DNA of 61,657 nucleotides, counting the filler, from Sphacelaria rigidula (lineage: Eukaryota): NCBI GenBank assembly GCA_964200075.2. It is 11 parts of 11 records of this genome, joined end to end, with 100 filler letters (N's around TTAATTAATTAA, not from the genome) between each part and the next. Parts side by side here need not be neighbours in the genome. Positions count along the whole stretch, not along the records: positions 56,145 to 61,657 come from CAXNAA020026712.1; 10 more parts are not named here. One strand, 5' to 3'. The position numbers and the translations under genes were made by a program. Below the pieces are notes generated by a model. That model saw only the letters and a list, made by a program, of their open reading frames with translations. It did not search any database and was not told the DNA's origin. Position 1 is the stretch's first letter, and the number at the start of each line of letters is the position of its first letter. Below, in pieces: positions 60,778 through 61,657 of the stretch.

Positions 60778-61216
60778 GAGAGAGATCAAGAAGCTCATGT
60801 GATTCGTTGTAGTTTGATGTTTCATACCATGTGCGTAAAGAGTGTAGCTTGGCCGCTCCTGCGTTTCAGAGAATCTCTGACACACAAATAGAAAGATGTA
60901 CGGCACTACGTAATACAATACGCGCTTGAATGGCGAAAATAAATGAACATGGCACGGTGATGCTAACTCATGATGTGTCTTAGCTCGACGAGCGTTTTAT
61001 GTTGTACATGACGTGAGTCAGGCGCTCGCCTGAACTCGTATTTAAACTTTTCATGTCTCACTTTAATCTCTTGTGCACATACTGCTTTTTGTATAGGTGG
61101 AGACGACAACTCCACCTTCTCCCGAGAAGGCGGTTCCGAAAGTCATGCCAGACCTCGACGCCGACGCGGTGGATGCGATGGTTGAAGAGAACGGACTCAC
61201 GGAGGTGACGTTCAAG
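58288..61216 (+). CDS. Unidentified protein with K/E/P/A/V-rich repeats; exons 58288-58359, 60293-60448, 61097-61216
   Basis: Three phase-0 AG/GT exons: SIPKVEKKVEPPKPAAAAPKAEVK / AVVPKAKVEVKPKVEAKPKAEAEPK...FFGLTKSPRL / VETTTPPSPEK...NGLTEVTFK. Confidence 0.75.
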
Positions 61217-61657
61217 GTATGTACCATAGTTGACGCACGCTGTTATCAGGACCCCTGCGCCGTTTTGTCGTATTTTCAGTCGCCACGAAGAAATTCGTCT
61301 TACACGATCACTCTCGGAATCGGAAGGCCCCAAAAGAAGCACGGGTCAGTGGTATACTCAAGGCTCAAGACATACACCGCGGGCTATCGCACGTATTTGT
61401 GATGGTTCTGTAGCTACCAACGTCAGCGAATGCGGGACCTGCCTGCGCTCTCTCTGCAAGCAAGCCATCTTACTGTAAAAGAGATTCGGAACCCATGTTG
61501 TAGTTTTGAACGGCTGGGCGACTAGATACAATCCCCCCCCCCCCCCATGAGACAGTGTAAAAGCTGTGGCTGTTTCAGGAAGTGACGATACCAGAAAATA
61601 AAGCAAGTCATTACAGGCTGTCATCCAAGTGCAAGATAATTAGTAGGCTTTGGGCCG

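Overview
This window is not one locus. It is 11 unrelated contigs of 5515-5513 bp, sorted by decreasing length and joined by ten identical 100-bp spacers (N44-TTAATTAATTAA-N44, stops in all six frames). Contigs: 1-5515, 5616-11130, 11231-16745, 16846-22360, 22461-27974, 28075-33588, 33689-39202, 39303-44816, 44917-50430, 50531-56044, 56145-61657. Nothing can be inferred from neighbourhood across spacers. The DNA is eukaryotic, repeat-rich, with long introns and GC-rich exons; a brown alga or related stramenopile is my inference. Host genes: four myosin motor exons, a sacsin-like fragment, the last exon of a Sen1/senataxin-Upf1-family helicase, a near-complete D-2-hydroxyglutarate dehydrogenase, and three unidentified spliced genes. 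Mobile DNA: a decayed Ty1/Copia element, a Ty3/Gypsy element lacking its RT core, many LINE 3' fragments, SINE-like pieces and foldback/MITE-like repeats. I see no convincing novel multi-gene system. The most unusual signals are in the transposons: a Gypsy with a palindromic, non-tRNA primer site; a Copia polyprotein with a putative transmembrane helix and possible half-tRNA(Ile) priming; and two retroposon families that share a 3' end followed by C-rich rather than poly(A) tails. All calls were made by eye, without database searches.
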